Positions 38,063 through 53,838 of a DNA stretch of 64,000 nucleotides are shown piece after piece. Both the position numbers and the translations under genes were made by a program. Position 1 is the first letter of the stretch; the number at the start of each line of letters is the position of its first letter. The DNA is taken from assembly GCA_050084515.1 (NCBI GenBank), contig CM114271.1:992001-1056000 (forward strand), written 5' to 3'. The stretch comes from Blasia pusilla (Eukaryota). The notes under the pieces are model-generated. The model was not told the DNA's origin and did no database searches. It saw nothing but the letters and a program-made list of their open reading frames with translations.

Positions 38063-40532
38063 ATGGAGGTGCAAGAGCGGGCGAAGTCGTCAACGCTGTC
38101 TCCTCTGGTGTCACAGATAGTGGTGCGTGTGTTGCATCTGGGGATTCCGCCGTTTCGAGCGGGTTACGTAGTTTGCTTTCGTGGCGGAAACGATTTCGTG
38201 ATTGTTCTCTAGGTTTAGGAGGTTGGATTCGCTGAGGTTGGGAATTGACTTCTGACTGCTATGTCATTCATAGAGTTTTTCTCATCGCCTCTGTTTTTGG
38301 TCGCACGCCACACCTGCCGATCCTAGCGCGGCGCCTGGTTTGTAGAAGTATCACTCCCCGCTGTTGAAGTCACTGCGCATTCTTCCTCTCCGTGTGCGGA
38401 AGAAAATTCTCCTAAGACGCCGTTTTCTGATAGAGTGTTTGTGCTTTTTCCAGGCACCGGGCGATGTGGTGTTGGACTTGTCGAAAGCTGGAAAAGTTGT
38501 GAGGCTTGGTGGTGGGCTGCGGCAGGTTTACTTTCTTACCGCACTTGAGCTAGTTGGAATGCCATTTTTCGTCACTGAGCTATGGGCCTCCTGAGAAATA
38601 AGATTTGGTGCTGATTTGAAGTTTTTGTTCGTCCCGATGAACGCAGGATGGTGATACAATTGTCGTCACCCGCGCTGGTAGGTTGAGGCATACTATACCC
38701 AATAAATATTGGGTGGAAGGATCACAGAAAAGGGTATGTCGAGCTGAAGAGAATCCACATCCAATCGAGAGAGCTGAAATGAGGGAACGTTAGGGTCTGG
38801 AGACTGGCTTTTAAGGCTAAGACTGTGTTTTGGTATCTTCGGTGTCATGGTCAGATCTTGCTTTGTTACACTTGGTGCTGATGGATGAGTGCATTATGTT
38901 CGACAAGTATGCATGATTAATTGCATTCTTGCTGTACTGTGAGTGACTTGTGGTAGGACTTCTAGATTCCGAAGAATTATAAGTAGGACACCATGGATGC
39001 TCCTGCGTACTTCTCTAATCAGTTTTTAGTGATATTTCATGTTAGGACGCTCAGGATTTCCACTGAGGATTGTGTTGCGTAACTAAGCTGTCACGTGTTT
39101 GCTTTGATTTGTGTTACAGTATGTTCCAAATCTGGAGGATGGGGTGATAGGTATAGTGTCCGACCGACGCTTTGAGGTTCGCCTCTTGATCAATCTCCTG
39201 ATATTCTTTGGAAGGCTCTAGGTCTGAAAGTATTTTATCTTTTGTGAATGGAGGAGAGAAAGTTTTGGCTTGGAATTGTGGGAATATTATATGAGGGTGA
39301 TCTTGCAATACCTGCTGGAGGAACTCAGAGACATGCTTGATTGTGGCAGGCTTTTGCAGTGGATATTGGAGCTCCAGCTCTGGCAACGCTGCCAATTCTA
39401 GCATTTGAAGGGGCCACCAGGCGCAATGCACCCAATCTTCAGGCAGGTAGTTGTCTGTAATTTTGCTGCCATCTTTTACAAAGCACATTTCTAAGCTGGA
39501 CCGTGGTTTTCTATTTCTATAGCCTCGTAGGGTTGCAACTTGCTTTTCCAAGTTTTGATGGCTTTGCGGTGCGACCTCTTACATTACCTTTTTTTTCTAC
39601 CTCATGAACTAGCTATATTGGGACCTAATTTTTCAAGATCATTTTTGTCACAGGTTGGAGCTGTAGTTTATGCCCGAGTTGTGAAAGCTCATCGTGATAT
39701 CAATCCAGAGCTCTCCTGCATGGATGGTGAGTATGATGCATACCAATAAATATTGTTAATGAGTGTTGCATGTTGATTTGTGAAAAGCTCACTTTTATGT
39801 AATGCAGCTTGCTGATGTTGGAATTGCATTACTTCTTGAGTGGTGCAGTTAGCAATAAGTCGTCAGGGTTTGGCCCTCTGAAAAATGGATATATTTTTGA
39901 ATGCTCAACCGGTCTTGCTAGAGCGTAAGTGTTTTGGAACTTTATACTCTGGCTCAGTATTGATGGAAGGGATTTTAGCTCATTTTACTGTGGCCTTGTT
40001 GAGTTATAGCTCATAGAGATGTTCCATTTTGTTTTCAACCTAGCAGTCGATTGGAAGTTGTTCGTATCAAAATCCTCATGTCCTGTAACTCAACTTGAAC
40101 TCCTCTCGGTTCTGCAGGCTACTGAGCAGGCCCATGTGCCCTGTGTTGGAAGCTTTGGGAAAAAGCCTCTCTTATGAGATTGCAGTTGGTCTGAATGGCC
40201 GGGTTTGGGTAAGATCTCACTACTGTGACAGACTTTAGAGATTTTTTCCGTCTCATGCATTTGCATGAAATCTGGTGTTTCTGTGATAGATTTATGCTTA
40301 GGTTGAATAATAGGATGCTGACTCTGGAATGAGGCCTTGTCAAATAGACTGGCTCATTTCAATGGTGCAGGATCTGATCGTTGACTTGGTGGTCATCTAC
40401 CTGGCTTTTCAGGTAAATGCAGAGACACCAACTACAATTGTAGCTGTAAGTAATGCTATTCTAGGTGCCGAGTTCTTGACTCCTGCTCAGCAGCACATCA
40501 TGGTTTCGACAGTTCTGGAACGCATGAAGTAG
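38063..40532 (+). CDS. RRP40: Exosome complex RNA-binding subunit RRP40 (EXOSC3), 9 exons
   Basis: Exons translate as APGDVVLDL, RLGGGLRQ, KYWVEGSQKRYVPNLEDGVIGIV, VDIGAPALATLPILAFEGATRRNAPNL, VGAVVYARVV, PELSCMD, FGPLKNGYIFECSTGLARALL, YEIAVGLNGRVWVNA. Stop at 40530-40532. Confidence 0.95.
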
Positions 40533-42115
40533 TCCTGGAGGCACTTTTCAACCCAGGTTTTTTGTCGGACGTAACGTTCTACCTATTGGAAAGAACTGGG
40601 ATCTTGCCAGAATCAGAGCTCCTTGTCTGCACTGCTGTTTGAAATCCCAGTTCAATTGGGTGAGCTCAGGGGCAAGCCATATTATTATTGGCAACAGAGG
40701 TCTGGCAATGTCTCTGTGGAAGGCAGTGCGAGTCTCTGGTGCAGCCACCGCATTATAGGTGACTCTGGTCTTGATATGCAGCACCTGCTAGGAGCCAAGA
40801 AGATTGAATGTCTCATGGTTTCCAGAGGTTCAAGTTTCGAATGGGAGGCCATTATGTTTGCCTAGTGTCGTCTGGCCTCCCTGTGAAGCGAGAGTGATGA
40901 AGGCAGTCCGGGTGGAAGAGGTGAATCATAAAAGCTATTTAAATGCTCATCGGACAAGACTCTTTAGTTCAAGCCTTCTTACATCAATGAAGAAATTTCT
41001 GAAAAGCTTAGGACCACTTCATAAATCTGCAAAAGTCCTTAAAACCTTATTTTAGATACGTTTTTCCCAGTCAAAGTAATATCAACATTAGTTATCAAAA
41101 CATAACCAGCCACAGGAAATAAACACCCAATTTTGTGGACAATTTTGACACCTACACCCATATTATCATGGGAGAGTGTTCATAAGTGAAGTTTTCATCT
41201 CTCTTCCTCGTGTCTTTTTCATCCTCTGATTGATTGACTCGTGTCACCATCCCTCCCTAGCAAGTTATTTCTAGTGAGTCCTGTGCATATATATATGTAT
41301 ATATGTTCAATGCATTTTAGGGTCGGTTTAGGGTATATTAGCATTGGGTTGAGGATGATAGGCGTCAAGTTCTGCAGGTTTCGCCATGTAAGAAGCATTC
41401 TTCAAATTATAATATAAATTGCAATTGGAAAATATTTTAGTTGATATGGTAGTGGGCAATAAGAAAATGTGAGTATAATTAGTTCTTCATCATGTTTGGA
41501 GTCACTCCACATTAATTGTTTTGACAACCCTGGACATGGATATGCCCTCTAGCAACAATGCTCTTACACGGCTATCGATAGACCAAGAACTCAGAGCCTT
41601 TATGGCTTTGGCTCTGGTCCTCAAGAACCCCCGAAATCCCCCCTATGCCCCCTACCCACCCGTCATCCCACCCCTGACCTGCTCTCACCCTCTCCTTGAG
41701 TAGGCCGGAAGAGCAGTTCCGGCCGAGCAACTATATATCTGCCATGCGGCGGGTCGGCCCGCACCCATGTACCCATCCCACCCATCACCTATGTACCCAT
41801 TCCCCCCATATGTCGCGATGCCATTGCATATGGGCATGCGAATGGCCTTAGCGGTTCGGCGAAAGAATTGTGTTCATGTTTGGGCTACCTTCGTCGTTTA
41901 TATGTGCTCCAAGTTTTGCATGGAGGCTCGATCCTAGCAACAACCAATGAGTTGCCTCCAAGTCTCCAAAGTCGATCCCCACCTTCTTTGTGTGACGAAG
42001 AGTTGGGTCATAAGGATGAACGGTGTAGATTTGGGTTCGTTTAGATCCAACCGTCTAGTAGCTTTGAATGACCTTCTTCAATTTCGAGATTGACGCCTCA
42101 GTTTTGCAACTGGCG

Positions 42116-43285
<1,170 letters not shown>

Positions 43286-43329
43286 GATTATGTTATGATT
43301 TCAGGCTCTGTATTCCATAACCTCACCCC

Positions 43330-43950
43330 TGAATCATGTCCAGGTTTTCCGACCATCGTCTAAACCTGTTCGAGTTTGTAAACTTCTGGGTTGCTTAACA
43401 CTCAGTAATGGAGCCTCTAGGACCTCTACGGCACACTCCCAATGAGAGCGAATGAGCTCGAGAAATATGGGGGAGGAAACAGCCGCCCCTGTTCTCACGA
43501 TTCCGCTAACGAGCATCCATGTACCACATGGCTACAGTTGGTAATCTGTTATGTGGAATACTGCGACATATCTACACAAAACTGTGCATATGGAATCCCT
43601 GGAAGTGGATGATAACTCTCTACTTTGTGACACGAATGAGATGGAGAGGTGTAAATTGCTTTTCGACGGAGCTCAAGTCATGAGCCTTCCATCGGTGCTA
43701 CAACGTTCTGATTTGGGAAGTCCGATCCCGAAAGCAAGACATGCCTCAACTTTGAGTAGTAGACGGTACAAGACCTCAAAAATCCAAGGGGTTTGAGAAG
43801 AAACAACTTGTCCCGCCCACACTTGTACACTACACAAACGAGTGCAAGCACAATAGAGTGTCTGCTGTTCCTTGTGCATCGCTTGCACAATGACGTAATC
43901 CAAAGCTTCGATTCGATTATCATCTTTCCAAAGCTCTGGAACAGGGTTCG
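43330..43950 (-). pseudogene. Probable degenerate fragment of a GH5 endo-beta-mannanase gene
   Basis: EALDYVIVQA, VQVWAGQ and IRSHWECAVEVLEAPLL occur in the same order as the plant mannanase motifs ALDYVIAEA, YVQWA and WMDSHIEDA..VLKKPLL. Heavily frameshifted. Confidence 0.4.
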
Positions 43951-43989
43951 GGGAGTTTTTTCGTGGGACCCGGTACATAACCGGGAATG

Positions 43990-44150
43990 GTAAATCGGAA
44001 ACGGAAATTCCGGTTTTTGAACCGGTTTTCAGATATGAAATACAAAGAGCGTTCTCAAATCCAACCGGTTTTTCGTAGGAAGCTTTAAAATTAATCGGAA
44101 ATTCTCATATTTAACCGGCTAGCCTTACTCGTTACCCCGGATCTCCCCGA
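43990..44150 (+). repeat. Dispersed repeat, copy 2 (see 16241-16385)
   Basis: Colinear shared motifs as listed for copy 1; rich in CCGG. Confidence 0.75.
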
Positions 44151-45489
44151 TCATTGCTCAGGAAGTGGTGGTAAAATCAATCTTAATTACACTGCTGTCC
44201 ATGTATCGTGGAAGTGCAGGAAGATATCCGGCTTCTTCCCACCATATGTTTTCATGCTTATCGTTCCCAATTGCCAGGGTCTGCATATTTCCATGTAAAT
44301 CATCGCCCAATTTGACACAGCTAGCTATACGCCATAGGATAGTTTTAGGGAATTTGCTTGATGAATATCGAATGATTAACCAAGCGTTTGCAAGGACTTC
44401 TAAATATATTTCAGAAATTGTAGCAATTTGCGTTCTTATGAGCGCGCCTCTTATGAGTCACCCTGGCCAGACTACTCAAAACTTATCGCAAGCTGCAAAC
44501 ATTCTGTAATAATCCGTGTGGATAATGAATCCATCGCGAAGTTGTAAGTGAAGTTGATTCTGAAGTGATATTTTCCGTAGGTTCCTTTGCGATTGGGTAA
44601 GATGGGAATTTTCTGTAGGTTCCTTTGTGATCCGAGGATGGGAAGTTACATTCTTGTGAACCGTGGAAGCTGCCTTCCCTAGGCTTACTACAATATGTCA
44701 TATACTACTGTAGCTACCCTGGGCCCAAGATGAAACCCTGCAGTCCAGACTCCGCTTTATATTGAAGTAGTTGCTGGATCTTCATTCGGACTTGTTAGAC
44801 TGTTCCCACATTTCAATGGAGGACGAAACCTGAGATGGAGGACCACCGTAGGTAGGCGTACCGGATGAAAGAGAGTTAGGTCCGCCATATCTCTCTCCGC
44901 CCAACGCCTTGGAGAATTCCACGCTGGTTTACTATGTGCTTTTAACATACACATGTCAGGTTGGGAGTGGTGGAATGGAAGGATTGCTCTGTAGCAGATT
45001 TTAATGATGAACCTCTCAAATTACCAATCAGCCAGGCGACCAACAGACCTTGTTTGTTTGAATTGCACGTCTACATTTTTTCACGTAAAAATGCTACATC
45101 ATCCATTCACTTTAGATGCCAATTGTAGATGAATTTTTTGTCTAATCGGATGACATGTAACAGTCATTTTTTTAGGTTCTATTAACTCCTAACCACACAG
45201 GTAGTTTAGGTGGCTACTTGCTGTGCTTCAACTGATTGTAAATTTTTTCGAACCCTTTGCTTGATTTTTCTCCTCTTTTAGATTGATACACAACTTGTAG
45301 TAAGATGGTTTAGGGAGGAATGGAAGGCATTTGGGCTTTGAAACCAAGGGATATTTTAGAAGAATACCAAGGTTTAAGAATAGATTTCACATCAAACATT
45401 TAGTGGGAATGTTCATTGCCCAGAACTAGTGGGTCTTGTTAGGTGTTATCCCTTTGGAACATGTTCATGTCATGGTTTGAGATACTTTA

Positions 45490-46507
45490 TTGAATGTGTT
45501 TCAAGAGTGCCTTTCCCATGTCTACTCCAACCTCAGTTTCCACCGGGTAGTTTGTGGCGTTGCATTGGGGGAAAATACCTATTGGAGGTATTTTCATGAC
45601 GGCGCAAAGTGGATGTGTCTAGTTTGTAGTCGCATTTACTCTGCAAAGAACAAAACAAAGTGCAATCAACACTTAACTAAGAAGCACCCTCACCTGCATC
45701 CAAGTTACTTAGTACCTTTGGAAAATGCAGGTAGGCATCCTGACGACCCTGTGAAGGGCCGTAAGAGGAATATTAGTGAGAAGCAGAGAGAGAAAGATTT
45801 GATGAGAAAATCAGGAGATGCTATCGCGTCTAGAAAAGATGAAGAGGGAAAAATTATACAGATTTAGACAACATTGGTCTGAGACATGGTTGACAATGGA
45901 ACGAGATCCTGTCATCCCACACTTGTTCAAGAAGCCAGCATTGTTGGCTTTAATGGAGTGTGATCTCCCCAAGTGCCTTGGTATCCAAGATTGGGATGAC
46001 TTATTGGATAGAGAAAAGTATGACATGTGTCTTGTGAAAGTACGAGAGTGCGGTGAAAGCAATTTGATGATGGATGTGATTGTCTTAACATGCTTGGTTG
46101 CCATTGAGAGAGCTAGTGAACCTGGTTCTGCAGACCAGATTGGGAGGGGGAAGAATTACTTTCTTCATTTGGAGTTGGTGAAGAAACTTTGGGGAGTAGA
46201 GGAGAAGAAATAGGGAATGTATTTGGGTGTGCTTCCTGCCATTTTTAAAGATGAGAGATCTCAAAAATTGAAGGAGACACAAGCTTGGATTGCTCGAAAG
46301 AAACAAAACTTAATGGCTTGGCTTGAAAGAGATCAAGCCAAGTACTTGGATTTCATGGCTAGGCAGCAATGGAATGAATGGTTGGAGAGAAGAAACTTGG
46401 AGGAGGTCAAAGAGGTTTGCAAAAAAAGAGCTTCCAAGTATGTCCCAAGGGAGAAGAAGGATGTAGATTTAGATTGGTCTAGGGGAATGTACATAAATCT
46501 ACATTAG
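45490..46507 (+). pseudogene. Frameshifted accessory ORF with a C2H2/BED-like zinc finger
   Basis: WMCLVCSRIYSAKNKTKCNQHLTKKHPHLH (CxxC...HxxxxH) followed by contiguous charged helical ORF pieces at 45818-46213 and 46217-46507. Confidence 0.5.
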
Positions 46508-49500
46508 GGAGTAGCTCTAGCAAACCACCTCCCACCTCTCAAGGAGATGAATGTGATGATATAAGTGACTTTCAAGTTTTGCGCCCAAAGAGGCGAAGTA
46601 AGTTGGCTTGTAAGCCTGCTGTTGAGAAGTTTACAGCAATGAGTGTAGAAGATTTTGGTAAGAGTAGGGAGGACCATATTGGTTTGACGCATGTGGAAGA
46701 AGTTAGAAAGGTCGGAGTGTGCACGAGATCTATGGGAGGTGACTCTTGCTCCAAGGTTGGGCTTCCACATATACCCAAGTCCTTGAAGAAGAGAGAAAAA
46801 ACTATATCGGGTACTGCCCCTTCTTCTTCCCCTATTGAGACCCCTTGTGTGATGGTTGAAGACCAGGTTGGTCTAGATTTTCCACCATGTACTACTGATG
46901 CACGAGAAACTATTCCAGCACCTGGGAGTTGTGATGTGTCCATTGGCCCTTCATGTGTCGAGATGAACCTTCCACAAGGAGAAATCTTGAAGGGTAGCTC
47001 TTATGTGGTCGGGGAATATGTTGGTGAGTCTCCTCCCTTGCGAAGAGACTTTACTTTCAGTTGGAGCACCAGAAGTTGTTATTGGAGTATCTTATAGTGG
47101 TGCAGTGATGGAAAGTATCCCAACCAGTGTGTGTGTGTGGTGGTGGTGGTGGTGGTGGTGGCATTGGAGCTTCCCGTGTTGAGTTGGATCTACATGATAG
47201 CTCTCATGTGGATGGGTAATATGTTGGTGAGTCTGCTCCCTTGCATGTAGACATTGTAGACTCAATTGGAGTTTTGGAGGCAAGTCTCGGAATACCTTCT
47301 AGTGTTGCAGGTTTGGAGAAAGGCATTCCAGCATTTGGATGTGGTGGTGGTGGGGATGATGGTGAGATTGGAATTACCGCAGATGATATTCCAGAAGGTA
47401 TTCCGAGCTTGGTGAAAGTTTCATCAGAGATGTTGGAGGATGATTTGGAGGGAATGGCACGAGCTCATAGAGTGGATGATTTAGGAGATGTTGGCGTTGA
47501 CATTGTGGGTATTTTAGAGACTTTGTGTAGCCAAGTGGGATGCATAAATGATAGTATATCCCATATCTCTACACATGATGTTTTCTTTACCCATGTTGGT
47601 AGTGCTTTGGATTGTCATGAGACATCCAAAGGAGGTTTGGCTGGTGATTATGGTGATCCTATTGTTGGAGGTTCATCCATTGAGAGACCTTCTACCCATG
47701 ACCTTTTTGCTTTGAGGAAAAATCTTTTGAAGGTTGGTTCTTCATATGTACCAAGAAGTAGAAAGGGAAAGAAGAAGGTTTCAATGGATAATGGAGAGGA
47801 GGATAATATACATGGTGGGGGCTTCGCTTCTTTGGATGATATGGATTCCATTGATCAAATTTCTGATAGCCAAATTTAAGAGATCTCCATGAGATCAACG
47901 GTGAGTGGTTTATTCCTCCACCCACGAGCCAAGTAGCTGATGCTGCCGAGTGCGGGGAGGTGGAAAGAGATTTGCCAAATGCCTCCCAACTTGATGTCAC
48001 CCAAATCATGGCGGAGTCAAACATGGAACTTCTTGTGGATGACTTGGACATAAGGCCCAAAAATATTCCACGACACACGGGTTTATCTCCCACTATGGAG
48101 GAGTGTAGAGAACTAGGGAAGACAAGGTCCGAGGTCCTTCAAGATATGTTGGCTACACCACCCACTCGACGGGCAAAAAAGAAAAATGTATATGGCAAAT
48201 CAATAATAGAGCGAAAGCGGCGTAAGAATTAGGTAAAAAAATGTAATTTTGTTATTGAGTGCATTCTTTTGTTAGTTCTTGTTTCTTTCAACATGTTGAG
48301 GAGATCACCTTGGATAACAAAGTCCTGTTGATAATTCATAAGTTTTATTGATGTGTTTTTTTTTCAGGTTGGAGCGGATTTTGGTTTCACATGGCCGAAA
48401 ATTGGGACATCTTTCTTATAGACATTCCTTTGAACCATCTTACAATTATGCATAGAGTAATATGTTGTGAAGCAAACTTGTGCTTTTTCTTGCAAATGGG
48501 GCTTTCAGATCGAATATATTGTACTACCAGAAATTCTTCCGTCAATGTCACAATCATAGTGCATTTTTTGGAGCAGATATAGTAATATCGGAAGGCTTTA
48601 TGCCAAGGCCACTACCATATTGTTAATTTTTTGACTTTGTTAGTTTGAAAGTAGATGACTATAAAATGCGTATAGTGAGAATGATCTCACTCCAATTGTT
48701 AGAAATAGAGAAAATCTATCCTGAAGGCATTTTTTCATCTTAATACTCTTGGTCTTTCATTGGTATTTGTGACATTCATTCATTCTCTTCCTCTTCTTTG
48801 AATATCACATATTTTTTCTAATACTTTGGAATGAGTGAGTTTGTTGTTTTACTTGTTGTTTGATCTCATAGGCAAGTATACCTTAAACCTTCTCGCTTCC
48901 CATGTAAATCACTCCCTACATCAATAATCGGTTTTTGTTTTTTTCTGCTCTTGAGATGAGTAAGTTGTTGGTACTTATAGGATTTTTGTTAGAGCTTGTA
49001 CTGCCGAAAGGTATTCCAACATTTCTCACACTCTTAGTGTTTGTCTACTGCTTTTTGAGTTTGATTACTTGCCATGTTTTATTGGAAGATTCCTATAGTG
49101 TTTCAGCTGCAGGGTGGTATTTTAGGTAAATTTCAGTTTCCATATAGGCACCTAGAGTATGTATATCGTAGACATTCATCCATTTTGTACGACAATAGGA
49201 GAGTAAAAGGAGTAGGAGAGTAAAGGTGTATATTTTGAAAATTAAATTTCTACAAAAGCTACAGAAGACTCTGTTACACTCATGTCTTTTGAAAAGCATT
49301 CTTGATGATTTGGATGTTATCTAAGGCTTTAGGAGTATACAATGTTCTACGGAATGGTATTCCGTCACTTGAACTATAGGGTGGTATTGTTGTTAAAATT
49401 AAGTTTCCATATAGAGACTCACAGTATCTATTGCAATGCTTTAGGAGTAGAGTATGTACAGTCGAAAGGTATTCCGTCACTTCTCACATATTTTACTTTA

Positions 49501-50017
49501 TGAGATTGATTACTTTCGAGCTACACAAACGATTACCACATGATTTATCTGATATATTGGAATGATTGAGCTTGTTTTTTTGTCTAGTATGTATTTAAAG
49601 TATTTTTTTTCGATGGCTATCATATTTGAGCTTTGATTTGGTACTATAGGTTAAGTTTACTTTCTGTTTAGGGTCTTAGTGTGCTTACATTATGGACATT
49701 CGCCCCATTTTTTGTGATACTTGTAAAGGAGAGTAAACGGGTATTTTTTGAAAATGACATGACTCTGTAAATACTAAATAGGATTCACTGCGAGCACTAT
49801 AGAGTAATGTGTTAAGATCATTCCTTTCCTACGAAGATGAAACGTGATGATTCCGATGCCATTGAGAAGTTTGTGTAGAATCTGTGCTATTGAAAGGCAT
49901 TCCGTCATTTCCCTCAATCTTACTATTGATTTACTTTTGTTACTTGTCTTTTTTTTTTCGTGAAGATCACATGACTTTTCTCATGCATTATAATCAAATG
50001 CTTGTGTACAGGTAAGT

Positions 50018-53000
50018 ATGGACATCGACAATCCTGTTGACTTGACATCAACCCTTCCTCCATCACATGATCAAGTGGAGGAGAATGCATTTGGAAGTAG
50101 AAGTGCATTGAAAAGCAGAATTCTAGCCATGAAGATGATGGAACTCCAAGCAGACTTGCCGACGGGGTACATATCAGCAAAAGATCTCCATTGGGATCGA
50201 TATAATGGAGCATATATCCCCTGGCATCGGTTGGAGGACTTCATTATCGGGGAGGGTAATGGAGACAATGTAAACCCCACTAGCTTTTTGGAAGGGCACA
50301 TCCAAGTGCAGAGGAGAAAGATTAGGACAAGATGAAGGCGAGGAATCATCATACACCATGTACTATTGTGCTTACGGACCTCAAGACAAGCGACACCTCC
50401 ATCAACCGGTTGTGAGTACGTGAGCACGGATAAGTGGTATATTTTTTTTAAGTGGAATAATGATAGGAACAAGGAAGGTTAGACAAGGAAGGTGATCAAT
50501 CATCCTTTGTTCTTGTTTATAATGCATCCAATTTATTTCCATTTCTTTTGTCCCTGCTAGAGAGATACTGTTTATGTATGATGGAATGCATTCCTCTTGT
50601 TTTTTTTTTCAGGTCAAGCATTCCCAAATCAGGCCCAAGAAGTCGGCCTCGTGCCCAAAAAATTGTACGGGGAGATAGTTGGAAGCGAGGGTGTCTCTGT
50701 CATTTTTCTGTATCTGAAATCAAGGCTCCAATGCATGTGGCAAAGATCATTTACAAACATAGGTTACATGTTGACAAGGATGGGATGCCATGCCATGGCA
50801 ATAACGACCCCCTCAGTTTGGACACTCCTAAAATGTATGCTCCTAGGATCTCAAAGGAGTTGAGATGTTACATAAAGGTGAGGCTTTGACTCGGGGTCAA
50901 GCCCCATCAGATTATGTGCGAGCATGGGATGATGCTTAAAATGAGATCTAACACCTCTCCGGACTTTGAGGGGAGTATGACGAGGGATGATTTCCTACAA
51001 ATGCATGATATTGCAAATGCAAAGAAGTCCTTGAATATGGAGACTTTCCAGTTTTGTATAGATGAAAATGAATCTTTGAGTACCTTTGTAAACCTCTATC
51101 CAGAGAAGGTCTTCTTTTATGAGCCTTATTTTGATGATACAAGACCATTCATATTGGGATTCCACAGCGCTTGGAAATTGCAATTGATGGTGAAATACGG
51201 GCACAACAGTATTCTTAGCATGGATAGTACGTTTGGCACCAATCAAAGCAAGGTTTGTTACTCTTTACTCATATCTACCCTAAATAAAATCTTGCAAAGT
51301 TGAATTTCATGTCTACATGTAACACTCCTTATGTGTTGGAGTTCTGTGTGCAGTTTCCTTTGTATACCATCTTAGTGTTTGATGAGCACCACACTGGAAT
51401 ACCAGTAGCATGGATTTTGACTAGTAGCTCCAAGGAGGTGCACTTGGTGAAATGGCTACATGCACTGATAACCAAGTGTAGAAGACAACAACCCTCTTGG
51501 GAGCCGAATGCAATCATAGTAGACGATGCCAACGCCGAGCAAAATGCATTGAGGTACATTAAGGATATGCAATGAAGTATTCTCTTGGTATAGAGTCATT
51601 CCATATTTGTGTTTTTTTTTTCAATATGACTTTTCATTCTGTTACATAGGCATATTGGTCACATGGATGGAAGGTATTCCACGTATTGGTTTTTAATCAT
51701 GCTGTAACTCACCAGTACTTTTACTTGCAGGGTAACATTTGCCAACTCAAGTATCATATTATGTCTCTGGCATGTACGCCATGACTGGTTGAAGCAGCTG
51801 AAACGAAAGGTTAGATGTGCAATCATGAGAGCTCACATGTCACGACGACTAGGAGAAATTATGTACGTAAATAAGTGTGGCACATACACTAGAGGTGTGA
51901 TCTTGGATGATGCAAAGATCCTGCTGCAACAATTCTATTCAGACTTCAAAGAGGAAGTTGAATTCATCAACTATATAAGGACTTATTGGGAGCCAAAATG
52001 AGGTGGGTGTCTTTGTTTCTCTGATATATTTGGAATACTTACATAATCGGTGTTCACGAGTGATATTTTCTTTGGTTGGTTCTCTAGAATATTAATATTG
52101 CAGGTGTTTGGATTAACTATACATCTTAGTGTATTTTTGTTTGAGCACAGGTAAGTGGGTGAAAGCGGCAAGGGACCACCCCCATGCAAACCAAGACACG
52201 AACGCTGCAATTGAAGCATATCATGGAAGCATGAAAGCAGTTCTTGCTGATGACAACAGAAGTATTGCTCAAAGAAGAGGAGACTACCTAGTTTGGAAGC
52301 TTAGCAATTTTGTACAGGCTTGGTATTTTCACATTCACTTGCTGAAAAAAAGGGGTTTTTGTACAAAACGCAACAAAAGAGCAATATGTGAATAATGCAG
52401 TATTGAAGGGAAGAGAAATCCCAACGGGCGATGTGCAGCTTACTAAATCAAGGGGGCAAGTAAAGATGGCACGTGTAAGGAGCCAAACAATACTAACAAA
52501 ATGGTATGAAGTATACAACTATGACACCGAATGGGGTCATTGTGAGTGTCCTTGGTCCCTAAAGGGGAACATCTACAAGCACATGGTAAGTAATACTTTT
52601 GTTTTCCTTTTTAGGTACCACAAATTTTCTTATTGTCCATCTTCTAATGCAAATATCATGATTTCTATAATGAGATCTCTCTACAGATTGCAGCTTTGTT
52701 ACGAGAGGATTACAACGGAGAGGACCTTGTGAATATACTTGGAAGAAGATTGGGCAGCAAATGGGGAGGAATTGCACAACTAAAAATGACACTGACGAAT
52801 TTAAGATCTATTGAAAGTCATATCTCCGGCAGCCTCCTCGATCTCAACGAAATACCAGGTTTCCTTTTAAATACTAATACAAAATCTTGTAGTGCAAGTA
52901 CATTGAAATAATTTGGATATTATTTATGCTTTGGTTTTCAGGTTTCAGCTATAATCTAATTATTTGAATCTGAAGTGTCTTTCAGAATGCATTCCATACA

Positions 53001-53515
53001 CAGAGACGAGTATAAGCCCTTCGCTTGAGACAACACCAGTAGTCGAAGAATCTTATTTATCGGGTTTAACCCAAGAAATGGAGGCTACTATGGACAAACT
53101 GTACTCTGAGTTCCAAAATCATTGCCATGGTAGTGACTTGCTTCTAAGAATGGCGTCTAAAATGTTGAGGGAAATAAATGGTCGGATTGAAACGGAAAAA
53201 GTTGTTGTTAGAAACGGCTTGACACAGCAGCCGGAAAACCCCTTTCAGACATACAATGATGGTTTCCAAAACAATAATTCTGTCAAACGAGTGAAGTCCA
53301 ACATTGAGCGTTGGTCAGAAAAAGCAAAGAGACAGAGTACACAACATGGATTGGGATATAACACAGTTTTTTGTCCATCCCAGGATGGAACCTCAAGTAG
53401 GTTACCATCCTTTCCAAAGCCAAGACCAAGAAAGAAGAGATTGGGCCTGCAAGATGACCTAGACACACAGGCAAGATCAATGCTTTTGAATATGGATGGT
53501 GCCACATGCACATGA
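50018..53515 (+). pseudogene. MULE transposase-like protein with a SWIM zinc finger (At4g13970/At1g60560-like family). Intron-containing and disrupted.
   Basis: KRGCLCHFSV, HVDKDGMPCHG, MDSTFGTN, FPLYTILVFDEHHTGIPVAWI, IIVDDANAE, CLWHVRHDW, DTNAAIEAYH (DDE-type residues) and SWIM CECPWSLKGNIYKH (third Cys replaced by Tyr). Premature TGA at 50887-50889 and frameshifts near 50330 and 52390. Confidence 0.88.
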
Positions 53516-53838
53516 TTTTGTTGTAGTTTTGAGATCGGTGTATATGGAGGATTGGGGCTTTTGGAATTCATGGAAGGTATTCCAGATTGGCGGATCTTCA
53601 CAGGATCTCCACGGCTAGCGCCACATATATATTAACGGCATCGATCATAGGGTCTTCCGCCGGCCCTAGGCATTTGGATTTTTGAGAGAGGGACATTGTG
53701 ATACATAGGGGCTCAGTTCAGATGAATATTTTCAATCTTCGGGTTCACTAGAGATGAAGCGACTATGAATCAAGGGAAATGGAAACGAGTGTGAAGAAGT
53801 TCTTCTGATCTCCACGATTCAATTTTGATCTGTCACCA

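Noticed and set aside
39114..39551. 145 aa antisense ORF
   Set aside because: It lies opposite RRP40 exons 4-5 and has no recognisable features.
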